Positions 48,977 to 61,591 of a stretch of DNA of 64,000 bases are shown here, piece after piece (the stretch's first letter is position 1; every line of letters begins with the position of its first letter). The position numbers were made by a program, and so were the translations under genes. This DNA comes from Callorhinchus milii (taxonomy: Eukaryota): the NCBI RefSeq assembly GCF_018977255.1, contig NW_024704743.1, positions 109,122,001 through 109,186,000 of the forward strand, written 5' to 3'. Below the pieces are notes generated by a model. The model was not told where the DNA came from, did no database searches, and worked only from the letters and a program-made list of their open reading frames with translations.

Positions 48977-49062
48977 CTAAGAAAAAGAAACCCAAGCTGC
49001 TGAACAAGTTTTATAAAACCATTAAGGCAGAGCTGGATGCTGCAGAAAAGCTTCGCAAAAAG
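48977..49062 (+). CDS. ASPH: Internal coding exon of aspartate beta-hydroxylase (start of the TPR/catalytic region)
   Basis: ccag|CT AAG...AAA AAG|gtgggc; phase 1 to phase 0; encodes (A)KKKKPKLLNKFYKTIKAELDAAEKLRKK versus human ASPH VKKKKPKLLNKFDKTIKAELDAAEKLRKR (recalled); alternative in-frame acceptor at 48971. Confidence 0.9.
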
Positions 49063-49904
49063 GTGGGCTAAAAACTGCAGCTGCGATAGTCCACAAGGTC
49101 CAACTAATACAAAACTCTACCCTTGTATCCTCACAGACGTCAAACTCTGCACGTCGCATCACCCCAATCCACACTAGGCCCCATTGGCTCCTTGTCTCTG
49201 AATGGATTGACTTTGACTTTGATCGTCATCCACACATACAAAGGTATTAGTTCTATTTGAGGACTATGTATTGTACACTTAAGATATTGATAATACCCAA
49301 GCAGGTAAGTAAAATAATGGATGATTCTAAATTTGTTCCCTAGTGGGAATTTTTTTAAGTCCAATGTTCACAGGAATGATAGAAAAATACTGGAAAATAA
49401 GTAATGCAATTGAAGTCTCTAGGTCTGTTAGCCTGAAAGTTAAGATGAAGAAGAAAAAAATGAAAAACCCAGTTGCATTTGTGAAGACAGACCAGGCTCA
49501 ACAGTTATTATTTCAAAGTGGAACAAGGGTGGGTCTGGTATATAAAAGTGATGAGAATGGCATGTGTGTGAAGATTCAGAGACTGTTTGATAAGGTCAAG
49601 CACAAAACTGAAGGGAAATCTCATGGGAAAACAGAATATCGCACCAAACTGGTATTATTTCTATTTGAGGGGTTGAAATTGGCAGAGTACTCTCTGGATT
49701 AGTGCAGAAAATTCTTTCGTTCATTCATTAGTCATCTCAAAGGGGTCCATTTAGAGTCTGTTTGGAATTCAGTGCTTCAAATGGACATGTATGTGCAGGT
49801 CAGAGACTCTTTACCTCCCCTTTCTCCCCCCCAACTCAGTTAATTTAATCAACTTAATACCCTCATTGATGTTTCTATCACATCCAAACTTGGTTCAAGT
49901 CCCA

Positions 49905-50190
49905 CAACAACAACAACAACAAAATTAAATTTATAGAGCGCCTTTCACATCGGGAGGACGTCCCAAAGCACTGAACAGTCGGGTGTCGGGAACGAGCATG
50001 GGGGAGGGGTGGTGTAGGGGTGGGGAAAGGCAGAGAGGTGAGAGGGGGACCAAAGGCACGATTGAAGAGAAAGGTTTTGAGAGCGGCCTTGAAAGAGGCA
50101 AGGGAGGAAGTGAGGCGAAGGAACCGCGGGATGGAGTTCTAGAGTGTGGGGGCAGAGAGGCTGAAAGCCTGGCCACCAATGGTAGGACGG
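49905..50190 (-). mobile_element. L2 3' end inserted into a family B SINE (49890-50540, +)
   Basis: (CAA)n tail and gcgcctttcacatcgggaggacgtccc; SINE head ggttcaagtcccac on the left and tagtcaaggctgac onward on the right. Confidence 0.85.
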
Positions 50191-50652
50191 GTCAAAACTT
50201 ATATAGTCAAGGCTGACAACCCATTGCAGTGCTGAAGGGTGGTCTGCTTTGCCGAGGTGCCATCCTTCAGCTGAGATGTTAAAACATGGCCCCGTCTGCC
50301 TGTTCAGGTGGATGTCAAAGATTCCAAGGCACTATTTGAAAAGTGAAGTGAGTTTCTCCGGTGCAATCCCCCAATAAAGTTGGTCACTCACTCCATGGTT
50401 ATTTGTGGAGCATTCACTGTGTGAAACTTGGCTGTGCATTTTTCCACAAAGCACACAGTCACACTACTTTACAAGAAATCCTATGAAGCCCTTCGAGAAC
50501 TGTGAAAGGAGTCATACCAAATATGAAGATTATTATTATTTGATTTCTAACGCTCTGATGGCCAGATGCCCAAGAGCTTCCCTACCCAAACTGTAGATTA
50601 TCCAGAACTCTTGTGGCTCAATTGCTCATTGAATAAACCAGCAAGTAAGCCT

Positions 50653-50683
<31 letters not shown>

Positions 50684-50974
50684 TTGAAGGCTTATATTTA
50701 ATCTTGAAGGCTAAGTAGGACATATACATGTACATAGTAGGAAAAGACCATTAGAGTCTGTCGGGCTGATCTCATTTTCAAACACCATCTCTCCAGCAGA
50801 CCTCTAATATGAAGAATAGTCTCCACTCTCGTTGATAATTAGTGCCACTACCAATGTATTGATCTTTCCCTAGTTACCAAGGGTACAAAATTAAATACGT
50901 GACTTTTGAGTTTACAATTTGAGTGATTTTTTAGTGTCTATTTTGCAACACGTTCAGGTTGATTTTGTTACAAG

Positions 50975-53030
50975 TGTGAGCTGCCGAACGTGCCTGGACC
51001 AATTCCAAACCAACGGTCCATCGGCAGATTTGGCTTCACCACACGAAGATCTACCGCTGGGTTCTTGCCTCCGCCAAATCCTCCTTCTACTACAAGGTTA
51101 TCTTGGCGGCAAAGGACAACTCCAGGCTTCTCTTTTCCACCACAAACCGTCTCCTCCGTCCACCTTACCATGCCTCGCCCATCCTCTCCTCAAACTCCAA
51201 CTGTGAGGAGATGCTGGATTTCCTCAAAACCAAAATCAAGGGGATACGTTCAGCCACCTCTGCCCCGTCCACTGCCACCCCCACATCACCTCTCCCTCAT
51301 GACCCACTCCCCGCTCATCGCCCCTTATACTCCTTCGACCCTATCTCTCCCTCCTCCCTCTCCGCGATTGTTCGCAAATTCAAACCCACCACCTGCTCCC
51401 TCAATCCCAGCCCCACCTCACTCCTCATCTCCCAGCTCCACCTTCTGGCCCCTCTCCTGTCCGATGTCATCAACCTCTCCCTGTTAACTGGTTCAGTTCC
51501 AAACCCCCTAAAAACAGCTGTCATCACCCCCATCCTGAAAAACTTTCGCTGGACCCATCCCTACTCTCCAGCTACTGTCCCATCTCTAACCTCCCATTCC
51601 TCTACAAGGTCCTGGAATGAGTCATCACGTCCCAGCTCCGCTCCTTTCTCTCGCCATTCCCTCTTTGAACCCCTCCAATCCGGCTTCCGTGCTGCCCACA
51701 GCACGGAAACAGTCCTGGTCAAAGTCACTAATGACATTCTGAACATTTGTAATCAGGGCTCCCTCTGCCTCCTTGTCCTCCTCGACCTCTCTGCCGCCTT
51801 CGACACTGTCGACCATTCCATCCTCATACACTGCCTCTCCTCCTTACTTAATCTTCACGGATCTGCCCTTGCCTGGATCGATTCCTATCTCTCTCACCGT
51901 TTCTGCTTTGTTGCCTCTAATGGTTTTTGCTCCAGCCCCCACACTGTCATGTCTGGCGTCTCCCAGGGCTCTGTCCTTGGCCCTCTCCTCTTTAATATCT
52001 AGATGTTCCCCCTTGGTGACATCATCCACAGACATGGAGTCATCTTCCATATGTATGCAGATGACACCCAACTCTATCTTTCTGCCTCCACCCTCAACTC
52101 CAGGACCACTGCTGTCCTGACAGACTGTCTGTCGGACATCAAGTCCTGGATGAGGGCAAATTTCCTTCAGTTGAATGTGAACAAGACTGAGGCCCTCCTG
52201 ATTGGCTCGCGCCAGTGCCTCTGCACCTCAGGCTCTGGCAGCATCAACCTCCATGGTTGCACACTTCAACTCACCAAGCCAGTCAGGAACCTCGGTGTCT
52301 TGTTCGACCTTCAACTGTCTTCCCCACATCCAAGCCATGACCCGCTCTGCGTTCCCTCACCACCGTAACATCACCTGACTCCGCCACTACCTCTCCCCTC
52401 AGGCCGCTGAAACTCTTGTTCATGCCTTCATCACCTCCAGACTCGACTAAGCAAACGCCCTGCTTGTCGGCCTTCTCAACTCCTCCCTCCACAGGCTGCA
52501 GATAATCCAGAACTCTGCAGCCCGTGTCCTCTTCCACACCAAACTCCGTGACCCCGTCTCCCCCATTCTCGCCCGACTCCATTGGCTCCCTATCCTTCAG
52601 AGGATCCAGTTCAAAATCTTGGTCCTCACCTGCAAAGCCCTCAATGGTCTCGCCCCACCCTATCTCTGTGACCTCCTAACCCCCTGCCAACCCACCCGCT
52701 CCTTCCGCTCAGCCGGTTTCGGCCTGCTCCACATCCCCCGACCCATCCGCCCCACCATTAGCGGGAAAGCCTTCAACCACTCTGCCCTCAACCGCTGGAA
52801 TTCCATTCCCCAATCCCTTCGCATCGTCCCCTCCTTAGCCTCCTTCAAGTCCTGCCTCAAGACCGTCCTTTTCGACCATGCCATTGGCCACCCCCCTTCC
52901 CCTCCCTTCCCTTCTTCCCCCTGACCCCAGCTCGGGTCTGAAATTCTGAACACTGTCCAGCGCCTTGGGATGTACTCCCAACGTGAAAGGCGCTATACAA
53001 CTGTAATCTTGTTGTTGTTGTTGGTGGTGT
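50975..53030 (+). mobile_element. L2 LINE ORF2 3' 2 kb (RT)
   Basis: [50 protein letters not shown]; stops and frameshifts; (GTT)n tail. Confidence 0.94.
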
Positions 53031-54779
53031 TGTGCATTTAGGATGCCGAGGACAGAGCCAAACATGGGTAAGATGTGGTGAGTGACAGACAAAATAAACG
53101 TGCCAAACTCAAGAAGCCACTTGCATCTCAGAAATTAGACATAATATATATCTCCAACTTCTTTGTCCTCAATACTTTAATTAACTTTAGCAGGCGAAAT
53201 AGAATAGAATTACAACATTAATGTGTCTTAATGCGTAACCTGACCTGCAGCACCTACAGTAATTGTGCTCTTAGTTAAAATAGATGTATAATTTATTCTT
53301 GCCTAACAATGACTGTAATATTCTAACTGGAACTGATTTAAAGGATTGAACTTGAATCATTCAATTCTTAAAACTTTACGTAGTGGGGCAGCTCTCCCCT
53401 GCTTATCCTAATGATAGCTAAATAAATCCTGTAAATTGCTACTGTTCTCAGATATACATTTGTTTTTTTAAAAAAAGAACCTAATGATAAACTTTTTAAA
53501 AATTACTAAAAGAACACTATAAGGCTTGAAGACTGTAAAAGACAGATTTTTTATGGCAGTACCGAATGGCAGATTATTTATGGCAGCAGAACCAAATAAT
53601 GTGGGATGAACTACACAGGCTGAAGTTGCTTATATTGTTTTCATATTGGAGTGTCATCTTACACTATAGGATTTCCATGTTGCGAGGTGGGGTTGAATCC
53701 ATAACTTTTTAACTCAGAGACAAGATTGCTATGAATTAGGCCAGTCTTACACACAGCATGAGATCACATGAACCAAAGTACCTTTACTCACGCCTTTCTT
53801 TTGATGTTCCTCATGTGAGAGTTTCACAAGTAGCACAGATTATGTTCTCTCAGATTTTTATCCGAGTGATTCAAATGACACTCTTCTCCCATCATTGCAG
53901 ATTCCACACTGGGATTACAAAGTTACACTCGGACTACAGTATAACTACAGTTGCATGAGATTCACTACAACAGTTTGCTCATAATATCGAAAACTGAGTA
54001 AAATATTCAATTCAAAATTGAAAAGCAAATTGTAGTCTCCTGTATTGTAAGCCACCAAATTAATGTAGCACACTATGCAATTGTGATTCATTTACTTTGA
54101 AGCATGATTTATGTCAAGGTTCAGATAAGCAAATAGAACTAAAAGACATGTGAGTCCTTGCCCAAAGAGCTATCATTCCCACCTGTTTCTCTCGCCCTCC
54201 CACCATCTCCCCACATTTGTGCTTTCTGACAGTCTTTCTCTTCTGCTGGGTTATTGCCAGGAAATGTGCTGCTGGAATGAAACACTTTTATTGCATGAAA
54301 CCCCCGAGTGTCCACAGATAAGGTTAGAACAAGCTGGAGTCTTATCTATGCACAGCCAGGTTTTACATGGATGAGAGGTAGTGGGCAAATGATGGAGCAA
54401 ATGTGCTTCATTTTCCACATTGTTTCATACATTGAGCATATCAGCAGTGTGCACGCACAGAAAGGATGTGAAAGATGCCCAGCAGCCTGCCTACTGGTGC
54501 ATTCCTCACGACTGTGTCCTACTGTGACCAAAAATATTTCAAATGCTTCCAATTGCAGTTCGTTCACGATACACACAGCATAATTCATCTGAACAGAATC
54601 ATCTATTTGGAATCTTCAATATATTACACAGAACTCATGCCTGGCCCTTTAATGTTTCTAAATATTTGCCACTTGATGAATATTTTCCTTGTATTACCAC
54701 TTTGCTCTTGTTTTCAGTGTGTCCACTTTCCAAATTTTTATATTTCTCAAAATCTAATGTTAAATATCGCAGTAGATAT

Positions 54780-55190
54780 TGAGGGAGAAAGTTCTGGGTT
54801 CAAGCCCCACATTGAGGCTTGAGCTCATAGTCTAAGCTAACACTCTAGTGCAATACAAAGCGGTGCTACATTGTTGATGATGGTGATGTCCTTCAGATGA
54901 AATGTTAAACTTTATGTCCTATCTGTTCTTCAAATGGACATTAAAAGATCCCAGGTCACACTATTCCAAAAGCGAAGGGAGTTTCTCCAGGTGTCCTGGC
55001 CAACACTTCCCTTATCTATAAATAATTTATAAATGTAAGGATTATTATTATTATTTATATTGGTCATTCATCTCATGGCTGTTTGTAAGATTTTGTCGCG
55101 TGAAAATCTGTTGCCGTGTTTTGCTGCAAAACAAGGCATTACACTTTGAAAGTAATTACGAAATTCTTTGAGATGTTTCAATATGATGAG
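54780..55190 (+). mobile_element. Family B SINE
   Basis: gggttcaagccccac head; gtccttcagatgaaatgttaaac; gagtttctccaggtgtcctggcc. Confidence 0.7.
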
Positions 55191-56036
55191 CTCATAGAAG
55201 ATTGTTCTGTCTTTGGGCACTGAAAGATATAAAATTGGTGCAGAGATTACAAATCACACAATGCTCTTTTAACTTGACCAGAAGCTACCGTTTGTGAAAA
55301 ATGCTAATACTATTCAGGGATAAAAGAGGCCAGGAAATATATATAAAGTATCTTATATTCTAAATTTGAAGTAGAGATTGGCATAACTTCATAAACCATT
55401 AAAGCCTGCACTGAATAGTTTATCAACACAACCTCAAACCTGTGTTTCAACTTTGGAAGATATATGACAGAAAAACGCCTGGAGTTTTGTGTTGTTGGTA
55501 AATCTTTGTGGACTTTTATTTATCTTGAAATCCCACCTGAAACCTACCTCTTTGAGTGCTTATGGTTATTTAACCCCTACTCTTTTGCTCACATTCACCT
55601 TTGCCACCATACAGCGCTGCAAGACGCCATATAGCGTTCTCTCTCCACACAGACATCCCCACACCGAGGATGAATATTTTACTCAGTTATCTACATATCT
55701 GCATCTAGCCTGATGTGCATGGTGGCGCTGTATTAAAATGCCAGGATTATTATGCACTCATTACGGACAAGTGGTCTGACAGCCAGATATACAAATTTTA
55801 TTGCCTCTCATTATTTCCAAACTTCTATTTAGCATTGTTTGTGGTCCGTGATTGCCTTCAAGCAGTAAATAAACATTTCCGTGATTCCTGAATGTAGAGA
55901 CAGATCATGACCTGTGGCAATCCTGGACTGAATTCCAGCATAGCACCACCTGAATTTGTAAGCAATGGATTCTGATCATTTAGTTATTTATTTGGTCAGG
56001 GTAAGAAATCAGGGGGCTCTCCAACATACAGTGTCT

Positions 56037-56184
56037 TACAACAACAACAACAGCTTAGATTTACATAGCGCCCTCCACGCCGGACGGCATCTCAGAGCGC
56101 TTCACAGTAACGGATCCCGGGGCCGAGCCAGGGGGAGGGGGAGGAAGGTGACCAAAGGCGCGGTCGAAAAGCAAGGTCTTCAGC
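56037..56184 (-). mobile_element. Short L2 3' end (second L2 subfamily)
   Basis: Very similar to 27490-27640. Confidence 0.85.
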
Positions 56185-58236
56185 CATCTTAACATGTTAT
56201 CATTTCTACATCAAGGTCTGATTACACTAGATTTCCTAGAAATATAACCAGTGCAAATACTGTACATTTTACTAAGTGTTTGAGGATGTGTTATACGAAT
56301 TGGAGTCATCTGCAATTCATTTGCTACTAATTGCTATTTTGTTGGCTCCCTTAGTTTTGTGGATACTTGATGCATGCTAATTTTCAAGGGCATGTGTTTA
56401 AATAAACGTGACATCTAACATCTATCAAAAATATATCAATTTTCCACGTGTAATGCAATGGAAATGTTGCTGTACAACAGCAGGAAGAAATTTTCATAGA
56501 TTCATAGGAACATAGGATTCCATCACTTACCATATTCATTGTTAGAAAGGTACTATTAACTTGGGAACATTGTCACTTGTGATCCCAGTGTCATTCTATA
56601 ACATAGATTGGAAAAGGGAAAATCAGTGCACAATTTATAAAAGTATGATTGTAATATTTCTACTACTTACTTAATTATTATTGCAAAGTTAGCTAGTCCA
56701 AAGCATGCAAAGTTGGAGATAACTCATGCTTTTTGATGGAGTTGACAAAATCATATCCAGGGCAGAATTTTTTATCATTATTTTTAATAATAGTAGTTAT
56801 TATTTTTAATATGGATTTCATAAGAAAAATCACATTGTTGTCAAGGTAGGAAATTCACATTAATATTCAGATTTAAAAAGGATTTAGCTGAAAATGTAAC
56901 CAATGCAAATGTGTGCTGTAACCACATCTTTCAATTAAACTGCATGAGTTGTTTCACTTCGACACTTAGACCAACAAGTAACCTGCTTGAAGTCGACTCA
57001 AGGTATGTTTGCATCACCACATGCAAATATTACTTTCTGTTCTGAGTTATGTATGCCTCATTGTCAAAAAAGTGTCTAGTGACATACATTGTGTGCTCTC
57101 CAGGTTGGTTTGGAGCTATATCACAAGTTGAGTGATGTCCATGGAATTCTTTGGAGAAAATGCAGTTTAGATTGTGAAGTGCTCTTTCTGGCGTTGAGGG
57201 TAAAATGTATTTTGGTAAAATGCAGGAAATTCATGGCAGGTCAAGCAACATCTGAAAACAAAGGCTGGATTCCTATTTCAGAGGCAATGCTTCATCTGAA
57301 TTGGATGATCCGAAGCTGTATTTTCCGATAGTTGTTCGGGGCAGAATTATCAAGTCATAATTTTTTATATGGATTTCTTAAGAAAGTAAGAGTTACCTTT
57401 CTCTTTCAGAGCCTGACTCATCGGGTGTGGATTTCTAGCTTTGTTCATTTTTCATTCAACTTTACAGCTTTATACCTTTTCCCTTTTATTAATATCACCT
57501 GTGTCCTGCTGGGGCATTTGAAATACAGAAACATTTGTGATCTTCTAGCTTGGTGTAGATATGTTCAGATGTAGTTCTGATGGTGTAAGAAATGTCTTGT
57601 TTACATTATTGTTGTCTGAAGTGCTGCTAGAATACTTCCAGTTGACTCCTAAAATATCTTGTTTATGTGTGTCCCCCGATTTGTCAATGAATCTATTTAA
57701 GAATAAATAAAAAAAAATTAAGAATTTGCCAGATTTTATATGCTCTGCTATGCTATGTTAATAGAGTAACAAATAATAATAATCCTTACATTTGATATAG
57801 AGTCTTTCACGTCAAGAGGAAGTCTTAAAATGCTTCACATGATTTAATGTAAATTGCAGTTACTGTGAATTTTGTTGGCAACTGCAACATCCAAATTGCA
57901 CAGAGTAATGTCTCGCAAACAGCAATGAAATGGATGACCAATTTTATCTCTATTTCTATGGTCAATTTTATCTTTATACTCTAACAAGGTGGAAATGTTT
58001 GTGCCACAAAAAAAGGCCTATGGAATATGATATGTATTTTAACAAAATATGTCTTACATTTGTGGAATTATTTTGTTGCATTGCAGAACCTCACTCCAAG
58101 GGATTAGATAAACACATAAAAAGGAACAAGATACGGGGGTATGGAAAAAGGGCAGGTAAATGAGACTGAAACAGAATTTGTGTGGATAGAGATAAAAGAT
58201 AAGGGATCAATCACACAAATAGGGGTACTCTACAGA

Positions 58237-58499
58237 CAACAAACAACAACAATAAAATTACATTTGTATAGCGCCTTTCATGTCAGGAGGATGTCCCAAG
58301 GCTCTGGACAGACAGAGTTATGGACCCTAACTGAGGGTCGGGGTGGGGGAGGGTGGAGGGCGGGGGGGAAGCAGGGAAATCAAAAACACGGTTGAAGAGG
58401 AGGGTCTTGAGGTGGGTCTTGAAGGTGGCGAGGGAGGGGAAGAGACGGAGGGACTACAGGATGAGTTCCAGAGGGTGGGGGCAGAGTGGTGAAAGGCCC
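58237..58499 (-). mobile_element. L2 3' end nested in the CR1 endonuclease region
   Basis: Splits tacagac|cgcctaat; (CAA)n tail. Confidence 0.87.
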
Positions 58500-59836
58500 G
58501 CCTAATAGTGGAAGAGAGGTAGAGGAAACAAATTAGTGAAATGAGTAAAAGACACAGAATAATAATCATGGGGGATTTCAAATACCCCCAAATAAATTGG
58601 CTAGAAGAGGTAAGTAAAGGGGATAAGAGAATGGAGTTTCTTCAATGTGTACAGGATTCATTTCTTACCCAGCACATAAGCGGCCCAACAAGGGGGAAAT
58701 CCCTGCTGGATTTAGTAATGGGAAATGAACCAGAGCAGATAAGAGAAGTACGAGTAGGGGAACATCTAGGCAATAGCGATCATAACTTAAGGTTTAAGAT
58801 AATGATTGAAAAGGACATCAGTATGACAAAGACCAGGTTAATAGATTGGAAAAAAGTTGATTTTGAAAGGATGAGAATGGAACTTGGGAAAATAAACTGG
58901 AAAGCAATATTGGCAAACAAAGAGATAGAGCAGCAGTTGGAAACATTTAAAACAGTGATCAATAGAATCCAGGAGAAATATATTCCACTAAAACACAAGA
59001 CAAAGCTAAATAATAATAAGACATCATGGATGAATAAAGACATAAGGGAAAAGTTGAGACTCAGGAAAGAGGCGTTCACTAAGTAGATAAACAACAAGGG
59101 AGAGCATGACAAAAGGGAATACAAAGAGGTCAGGAAAATAATCAAAAAAACAATTAGGAAGGCAAAGAGGAATTATTATATTAAATTATCAAGGAATATA
59201 AAAAGAAATGGTAAAATATTCTATATACATATAAATAACAAAAGAAAAATCAAAATAGGAATAGGGCCACTAAGGGATGGCCAAATAAGCTCACAGACCG
59301 CAATAGAGAAATGGCAGAAATATTAAATAATTACTTTGCCTCAGTATTCACCAGGGAGACTGATCAGGTGGACATGACAGTAGAAGAAGAGATCAAAAAT
59401 AATGTAAATACATTTAAGATACAAAGGGGAGATATAATCGAAAAACTAACAAAACTCAGAGAGGATAAAACCCCTGGGTCCAGATGGATTGCATCCGCGT
59501 ATATTAAAAGAATCGAGGGAAGAGATACCAGAGGCACTATTACACATATATAATAACTCATTAGAAAAGGGAGTAGTGCCAGAGGACTGGACGATAGCTA
59601 ATGTTATACCTATATTTAATAAGGGAGATAGAACAAGCCCAGGGAACTGTAAACCTGTTAGCTTAACATCTGTGGTAGGAAAGATAATCCTTACTGAAGG
59701 AGGTAATAGAAAAACATCTAGAAACGGAAAACAAAAGAAAGAATAATCAGCACGGATTTCAAAAAGGAAGGTCATGCTTGACCAACCACATTGAATTCTT
59801 TGTTGGGGTAACAGAAAGCGTAGACAAGGGTAATGC

Positions 59837-59938
59837 AAATATACAGTCAATTCACTTTACAGCATATTCTGTGAAACGCTTTGAGACGTCTAAAAGACGT
59901 GAAAAGCGCTATATCAAATGCAAGGATTATTATTATTA
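59837..59938 (+). mobile_element. 5'-truncated family A SINE nested in CR1, TSD TAATGC
   Basis: taatgc at 59831-59836 and 59939-59944. Confidence 0.9.
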
Positions 59939-60465
59939 TAATGCGGTAGATGTAATATATTTAGATTTACAAAAGGCGTTCGATAAGGTACCACATAATA
60001 GACTAATGTATAAGGTCAGAGCATGTGGAGTCAGGGGAAATATAGCAGAATGGATAGCAAGCTGGCTACAAAACAGAAAACAGAGAGTAGGGGTAAAGGG
60101 TGGCTACTCAGACTGGCAGGGGGTGGGCAGTGGTGTTCCACAAGGATCGGTATTGGGACCACTGTTGTTCACAATATACATTAATGATTTGGACTCAGGA
60201 ATCAGCAATACAATTTCAAAATTTGCAGACGACACCAAATTGGGGGAATAATTAATACAGAGGAGGACTGCAACAAAGTACAGTAAGACATTAATAAACT
60301 TGCTGAATGGGCATTTAAATGGCAAATGCATTTCAATGTAGAAAAGTGTGAGGTGATACATTTTGTTAGAAGGAATAAGGAAGTCACATACATCCTGGAA
60401 AATAAAAACCTAAATGGGGTAGAGGAGCAAAGCGATCTAGGGGTACACATACACAATTCACTAAA

Positions 60466-60794
60466 TAATAATAATCCTTGCATTTGATATAGTGCTTTTC
60501 ACGTCTTCTAGACCTCTCAAAGCGCTTCACAGAATAGACTGTAAAGTGAATTGACTGTATATTTGTGGGCGAAATGCAGCAGCCATTTGCGCGCAGCAGT
60601 GATCCAAAAACAGTCGTGGATTGGAATTACCAATTTATTATTTGTTTTGAGAGATTATTATCTATCATGTGGAGTAAGAAAACTTGCCCAATGTTTCGCC
60701 CTGCCGGGAATCAAACCCAGGTCTCTTGCTTGCAAAGCGATTGCTCTAACTGTTGAGCTGCAGGACTCCCATGTTCACAATTGCCCCTGTTCTC
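60466..60794 (-). mobile_element. Family A SINE nested in CR1, TSD CACTAAA
   Basis: cactaaa at 60459-60465 and 60795-60801. Confidence 0.88.
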
Positions 60795-60908
60795 CACTAA
60801 AAGTAGCCACACAGGTTAATAAGGCCATAAAAAAGGCAAACCAGGCATTGGGGTTCATTTCTAGAGGGATGTAATTGAAAAGCAGGGAAGTTATGGTAAA
60901 CTTCTACA

Positions 60909-61221
60909 ATAATAATAATCCTTGCATTTGATATAGCGTTTTTCACGTGGGGAGGACGTCCCAAAGCGCTTCACAGAAAACACTGTAAAGGGAATTGACT
61001 GTATATTTGTGGGCGAACACGGCAGCCAATTGCGCACAGCAATGTTCCACAAACAGTCGCAGATTGAAAATGACCAATTTATTATTGTTTTTGGTTTTGG
61101 AGGGATTATTATTAGACGTGTGAAGTAAGGAAACTTGCCCAAGGTTTCGCCCTGCCTGGAATTGTACTCAGGTCTCTCGCTTGCAAAGCGAGTGCTCTAA
61201 CCACTGAGCTACAGGACTCCA
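60909..61221 (-). mobile_element. Full-length family A SINE
   Basis: (AAT)n tail through to gagctacaggactcca. Confidence 0.92.
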
Positions 61222-61480
61222 AAACCGTGGGATGAAGTTCCAGAGTGTGGGGGCAGAGAGGCTGAAAGCACAGTCACCAATGGTAGGGTGGGTCAGGTGG
61301 GAGACGTGGAGCAGACCTGCTGAACGGAGGGAGCGGGCAAGTTGGTAGGGAGTCAGCAGGTCAGAGAGGTAAGAGGGGCAAGGCCATGGATCGCCTTAAA
61401 AGTGAGGACGAGGATCTTGAACTCAATCCTCTGGGGGATGAGGAGCCAATGGAGTCAGGTGAGGATGGGAGTGATGGGGA
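61222..61480 (-). mobile_element. L2 internal fragment
   Basis: aagttccagagtgtggggg; gaggatcttgaactcaatcctctgggggatgaggagccaatggag. Confidence 0.85.
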
Positions 61481-61591
61481 ACGTACCACCTCAAGGAGTT
61501 GTTGAAGCAAATAGCATAGATGTATTTAAGGTGAAGCTAGATAGGTACATGAGGAAGAAAGGGTTAGAAGATTATGCTTGAAGGCTTAGTT

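Noticed and set aside
51103..52002. 299-aa ORF as a host gene
   Set aside because: L2 ORF2 with compensating frameshifts and an in-frame stop before YADD
27490..56184. Two short L2 tails (27490 and 56037) as a distinct fixed-length non-autonomous element
   Set aside because: Their 5' ends differ; the first extends at least 13 bp further in the L2 frame (FRSLLKT), consistent with independent truncations
58120..58165. TATGGAAAAAGGGCAG|gtaaat as the ASPH YGKAQ exon end
   Set aside because: It reads IRGYGKRAGK, the usual CR1 C-terminus, with no upstream PQSPRAR
13190..61221. Recurring ~30-40 bp motifs (aagcgctatatcaaatgcaaggattatt) as a CRISPR-like array
   Set aside because: They are dispersed SINE and L2 3' ends on both strands at irregular kb-scale spacing in vertebrate DNA; no cas genes
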